A stretch of 26,726 nucleotides of DNA, taken from the NCBI GenBank assembly GCA_002269645.1, contig NIVC01001333.1, forward strand, positions 1-26,726, read 5' to 3'. This stretch comes from Macrostomum lignano (taxonomy: Eukaryota). The position numbers and the translations under genes were made by a program. Positions 22,916 through 26,726 of this stretch are shown piece by piece; position 1 is the stretch's first letter; each line of letters starts with the position of its first letter. The notes below the pieces were generated by a model that was given only the letters and a program-made list of their open reading frames with translations, did no database searches and had not been told where the DNA came from.

Positions 22916-22994
22916 GGTCACGGTTGGGTGGTCACGGTTGGGTGGTCACGGTGGGGTGGTCACGGTGGGGTGGTCACGGTGGGGTGGTCACGGT
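22916..22994. repeat. 14-bp G-rich tandem repeat, 5 full units plus a partial
   Basis: Two T-type and three G-type units. Confidence 0.95.
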
Positions 22995-23074
22995 GGTCGG
23001 TGGGCTGGTCATGGTGGAAGGCCAGAACGCAAATTTGAGCACAGTGAGTCCAGCAGTCGCCAGTGCCAATCAGG

Positions 23075-23641
23075 TCATTGCAGGCCTGGCAGCGGCACAA
23101 TCTGGGCATTGCGCAGGTCCGGAGACCGGACTCCACAGGCCTGGAACAGGGCGTACCCGGTGAACAGGTGCGACACAACCAGGATGCGAAAGTCAGCCTG
23201 CGACTTGTTTTCGGCGAGCTCCTGCAAAGTGTTGCGATGTGTGTCACGCCAGTAACAACAAAGCACAAGTGCAGGAGAATAGCAATCGCTCACCTGCAGC
23301 AGGCGGTTGCGCACCTGGCTGACCCGACTGGCGAAGCTCGCGTCCGACTCGCCCAGCTTCTCGTAGCCCTCGCCAGGCAGCAGGTCGCTGCCTTCGTTCA
23401 GCTGCTCGCGCAACTCCTGGACGGTCTCCAGCCGGTCGTAGGTGATCTCGCTGAGCCGCAGGGTGAGCTGGGCGCGGCGCATCGGCGAGCAGAGCACCAG
23501 GCTGAAGTGGCCGCTGAGCTGCCGCGCCTGGGCCTCGCCAGCTAAGGAGAGCGGCACGTCTGGCGAGTTGTCGCCGCTGGAGTTGAAAGTCGACTGGGCG
23601 TGCCGGCAGAAGTACACCTTAGCTGCCTGCTTGGCGCTCAT
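23075..23641 (-). CDS. Short histidine phosphatase (phosphoglycerate mutase-like, branch 1), 164 aa, exons 23641-23294 and 23221-23075
   Basis: VYFCRHAQSTFN (RHG-type motif), PLSLAGEAQA, LVLCSPMRRAQLT, ELRE, GES..F..RV and ILVVSH. A 72-nt GTGAG...TTTGCAG phase-0 intron. Confidence 0.9.
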   Translation of the reverse strand: MSAKQAAKVYFCRHAQSTFNSSGDNSPDVPLSLAGEAQARQLSGHFSLVLCSPMRRAQLTLRLSEITYDRLETVQELREQLNEGSDLLPGEGYEKLGESDASFASRVSQVRNRLLQVSDCYSPALVLCCYWRDTHRNTLQELAENKSQADFRILVVSHLFTGYALFQACGVRSPDLRNAQIVPLPGLQ

Positions 23642-23768
23642 GCTGTGCAGCAAGTGACGGATCGGTATAGTTGGTCGATGATCGGGAATCGAACCCCAAG
23701 TGAGCGAGCAACTTGAGCGAGAGCTGCTTTGTGGTGCAACAGGGCAAAATAAATTCCCCAAAACTTAC

Positions 23769-24475
23769 GGGGATCGCTGAGATGCCCAAGACTCATGGGG
23801 AATCGCTGCAATGCCCAAGACTCATGGGGAATCGCTGAGATGCCCAAGACTCATGGGGAATCGCTGAGATGCCCAAGACTCATGGGGAATCGCTGCAATG
23901 CCCAAGACTCATGGGGAATCGCTGAGATGCCCAAGACTCATGAGGAATCGCTGAGATGCCCAAGACTCATAGGAAATCGCTAAGATGCCCAAGAATCATG
24001 AGGAATCGCTGAGATGCCCAAGACTCATGGGGAATCGCTGAGATGCCCAAGACTCATAGGAAATCGCTAAGATGCCCAAGAATCATGAGGAATCGCTGAG
24101 ATGCCCAAGACTCATGGGGAATCGCTGAGGTGCCCAAGACTCATGGGAATCGCTGAGATGCCCAAGACTCATGGGGAATCGCTAAGATGCCCAAGACTCA
24201 TGGGGAATCGCTGAGATGCCCAAGACTCATAGGGAATTTCTGAGATGCTTAAGACTCATGGGGAATCGCTGAGATGCCCAAGACGCATGAGGAATCGCTG
24301 AGATGTCCAAGACTCATGGGGAATCGCTGAGATGCCCAAGACTCATGGGGAATCGCTGAGATGCCCAAGACTCATGGGGAATCGCTGAGATGCCCAAGAC
24401 TCATGGGGAATCGCTGAGATGCCCAAGACTCATGGGGAATCGCTGCAATGCCCAAGACTCATGGGGAATCGCTGG
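23769..24475. repeat. 29-bp minisatellite, ~24 copies
   Basis: Unit GGGGAATCGCTGAGATGCCCAAGACTCAT with recurrent variants (CTGCAATG; AGGAAATCGCTAAG..GAATCATGAGG). No unique spacers. Confidence 0.97.
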
Positions 24476-25049
24476 CGCAATGGTCAAAAGGGATTTGTTG
24501 GTAGGCCATGGCTTAAAGGGGTGCTTTGATTCCAAAGCTCAAGAAAATGCTGATATCTTAGGCTAAATAGCTGGCTTTCATGGTTGATGCATTTTTCTTA
24601 AAACATTATTTTATTATAGCAATTAACAATAGATATCGATAATCTAACCAGTATATTTATCTCCATAAACAGTGGAAAACTTTATTGGGTACAAACAAGT
24701 TAAGTTGAACAAAAATGGCAAATGTTATAAAAATCACAGTTGTTAACCATCATCGTCTTCAACTCGAGATTAGCATTTTGTCTACCAAGAAGTTCTACTA
24801 CATGCGTGTAATTAGTAGAACTATTGTAATAGTCGAGGCTGTATGCCATAGTTACTAAATATATAATATTCTACGATTGCATTGGAAATCTAAGAGAAAG
24901 ATCGAATTCGCGAACATATGCAAAACTGACTACTATTGAGTAACAACATCTGCATCTGACAGCCGTGCGGAATAGTCAGTAAAAGTGCTATTAAATTTGA
25001 TTAGAATTATTAAAGTAGGTAAAAAACACAATTAAATCTAGGACTTGGA

Positions 25050-25512
25050 AATGGGACAGCGCTCTGGTGTAATGGGACAGCGCTCCGGTATAATGGGACA
25101 GCGCTCTGGTATAATGGGACAGCGCTCTGGTGTAATGGGACAGCGCTCCGGTATAATGGGACAGCGCTCTGGTGTAATGGGACAGCGCTCCGGTATAATG
25201 AGACAGCGCTCTGGTGTAATGGACAGCGCTCCGGTATAATGGGACAGCGCTCTGGTGTAATGGGACAGCGCTCCGGTATAATGGGACAGCGCTCTGGTGT
25301 AATGGGACAGCGCTCTGGTGTAATGGGACAGCGCTCTGGTGTAATGGGACAGCGCTCTGGTGTAATGGGACAGCGCTCCGGTATAATGGGACAGCGCTCT
25401 GGTGTAATGGGACAGCGCTCCGGTATAATGGGACAGCGCTCTGGTGTAATGGGACAGCGCTCCGGTATAATGGGACAGCGCTCTGGTGTAATGGGACAGC
25501 GCTCTGGTGTAA
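25050..25512. repeat. 21-bp minisatellite, ~22 copies
   Basis: Units AATGGGACAGCGCTCTGGTGT and AATGGGACAGCGCTCCGGTAT, mostly alternating. Confidence 0.97.
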
Positions 25513-25598
25513 TCAAGCAGCAATCTCTGTAATCCTCGAGTCATTGGGCAATTCAATAAAATTATGCTAATGCTTGCAACTTCTTGAATATTTGAATA

Positions 25599-26140
25599 TT
25601 AGCTGGCAGGCGAGCTGAAGTCCAGGTTGAACGGGTAGATGACGGCATTGGCGATGTTGCCGATCGGCCTGTCGCAGCCGCACACTCGGAACAACTCTCG
25701 CCCGAAGGCGGCGTGCGACACCAGCAGGACGCTGCGCGGCGCCGCGTCTTCAACGCCAGCACCATTGACTGACAGCAGCGAGCGGAGCCGCTCTCGAACC
25801 ATCTGACAGCGCCGCTCGATGTCGACAAGCGACTCCCGAAGTTCGGCCGGCTCCCGGCCATCTGGTCGGACAGATCGAAGATCCACTCGCGCATCTGCGG
25901 CACAATCTCCAGGCGTTGATAGCGAATGCCGCTGAGGTCGAGAGTTCGGCGAGCCCGACGCATCGGCGAGCAGAGGACGAGGTCGAACTCGCCGGTCAGC
26001 GCCCGCGCCTGCGACTCGCCGCGCTCCGATAGATCAACGTCGACGCTGTTGTCTCCGAAGGCGTTGTGACGCGACTCGGCGTGGCGGCAAAAGTACACGG
26101 CGGACTTTTTAGTGTCCGAGCTCTGCTCATTTCCGGACAT
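25599..26140 (-). pseudogene. Second short histidine phosphatase paralog, intronless, one frameshift near 25866
   Basis: MSGNEQ..VYFCRHAESRHN..DLSERGESQA..LVLCSPMRRARRT..MRE continues in another frame as PDGREPAELRES..RC..VLLVSHAAF..IANA*. ATG to stop spans 542 nt (3n+2). Confidence 0.85.
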
Positions 26141-26726
26141 GTGGCAGATTGCTGGGTGATATTGGGACCGGTTGCTAGGTGATTTCCGGCGGCATGAATT
26201 GCAGTTAATGTTGACTTGAATGTAGCCCAAAGTAATTTGACTTCGGCTTACTTTGAAAAGCTGCCAGCCAATCACAGCTGGCGAACTGTGATTCAGCAGC
26301 TAAGCAACGCGATAGATAGTTTATAATCATTACTATTATATTTCCTTAGCAACGGGTAAAAATGAAAAGGAAGGATAAACATTACTGTGGAATCAAAATT
26401 CTTAGTGATTATGTTTTCACAATTATATTTCTGCAAACAAGACAGGCATAAACAAAGCGCATCTTTTTACTTAAAGCACGCGGATGTGCCACAGTAGGGA
26501 CAAGTATGAAAAATAACTAGAACTGTTGAGGATCTCTGAATAAACGAGGAGCTTCACTGCAAACACGTGGAACCAATCAGGCAACAGTAAATACGAGCCC
26601 CAATCTCGAAATTGAAGCATTTAAAAGCACTGCTTTCGCATGATTAGATTACGGTGAACAGTCTCAAGCTCAGAGGCAGCCATCTTGCCATTTCCGTTGG
26701 CTCTTCTGTCCGGACAGGGTGGTCAC

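Larger units (their letters stand above)
21349..23235. repeat. Tandem segmental duplication, copy B
   Basis: Matches 19586-21344. The length difference comes from the two internal repeat arrays. Confidence 0.96.

Noticed and set aside
23675-23700. Pol III B-box-like GGTTCGATTCCC on the minus strand (tRNA or SINE head)
   Set aside because: No A box or cloverleaf could be built around it.
23769-25512. CRISPR-like arrays (29-bp and 21-bp repeats)
   Set aside because: Units are head to tail with no unique spacers, there are no cas genes, and the context is eukaryotic.
25010-25556. Heptad-repeat proteins (ITPERCP, HYTRALS, MGQRSGV)
   Set aside because: They are by-products of a stop-free 21-bp repeat open in several frames on both strands.
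26270-26293. 8-bp hairpin AATCACAG/CTGTGATT overlapping a CCAAT word upstream of the second phosphatase
   Set aside because: Too short to distinguish from chance without TSS data.

Overview
This is eukaryotic genomic DNA from an invertebrate: GC-rich exons, short GT-AG introns, AT-rich spacers and dense transposon debris. A flatworm such as Macrostomum is my guess from style only. Host genes: a 4-exon secreted fibrinogen-related protein (minus, 3648-4871), a FAM210A-like mitochondrial protein (minus, 6461-7147), a 4-exon TMEM47/VAB-9-like claudin-family protein (plus, 17264-19534), and two tandem short histidine phosphatases (minus, 23075-23641 and 25599-26140, the second frameshifted). The standout feature is a complete 3.6-kb Chapaev-like DNA transposon (9258-12867). 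It has ~160-bp TIRs, CACGGTG termini one base from the V(D)J RSS heptamer, and a CATG target duplication. Its decayed transposase joins a Cys/His zinc region to a RAG1/Transib-type DDE core with RAG1 motif spacing. Also present: a decayed mariner, two hAT-type MITEs, a full-length tRNA/CORE SINE, an RTE LINE remnant, a 470-bp foldback palindrome, a ~1.8-kb tandem duplication that copies a terminal exon, and several mini- and microsatellites. All assignments come from motifs recognised by eye; no database searches were run.
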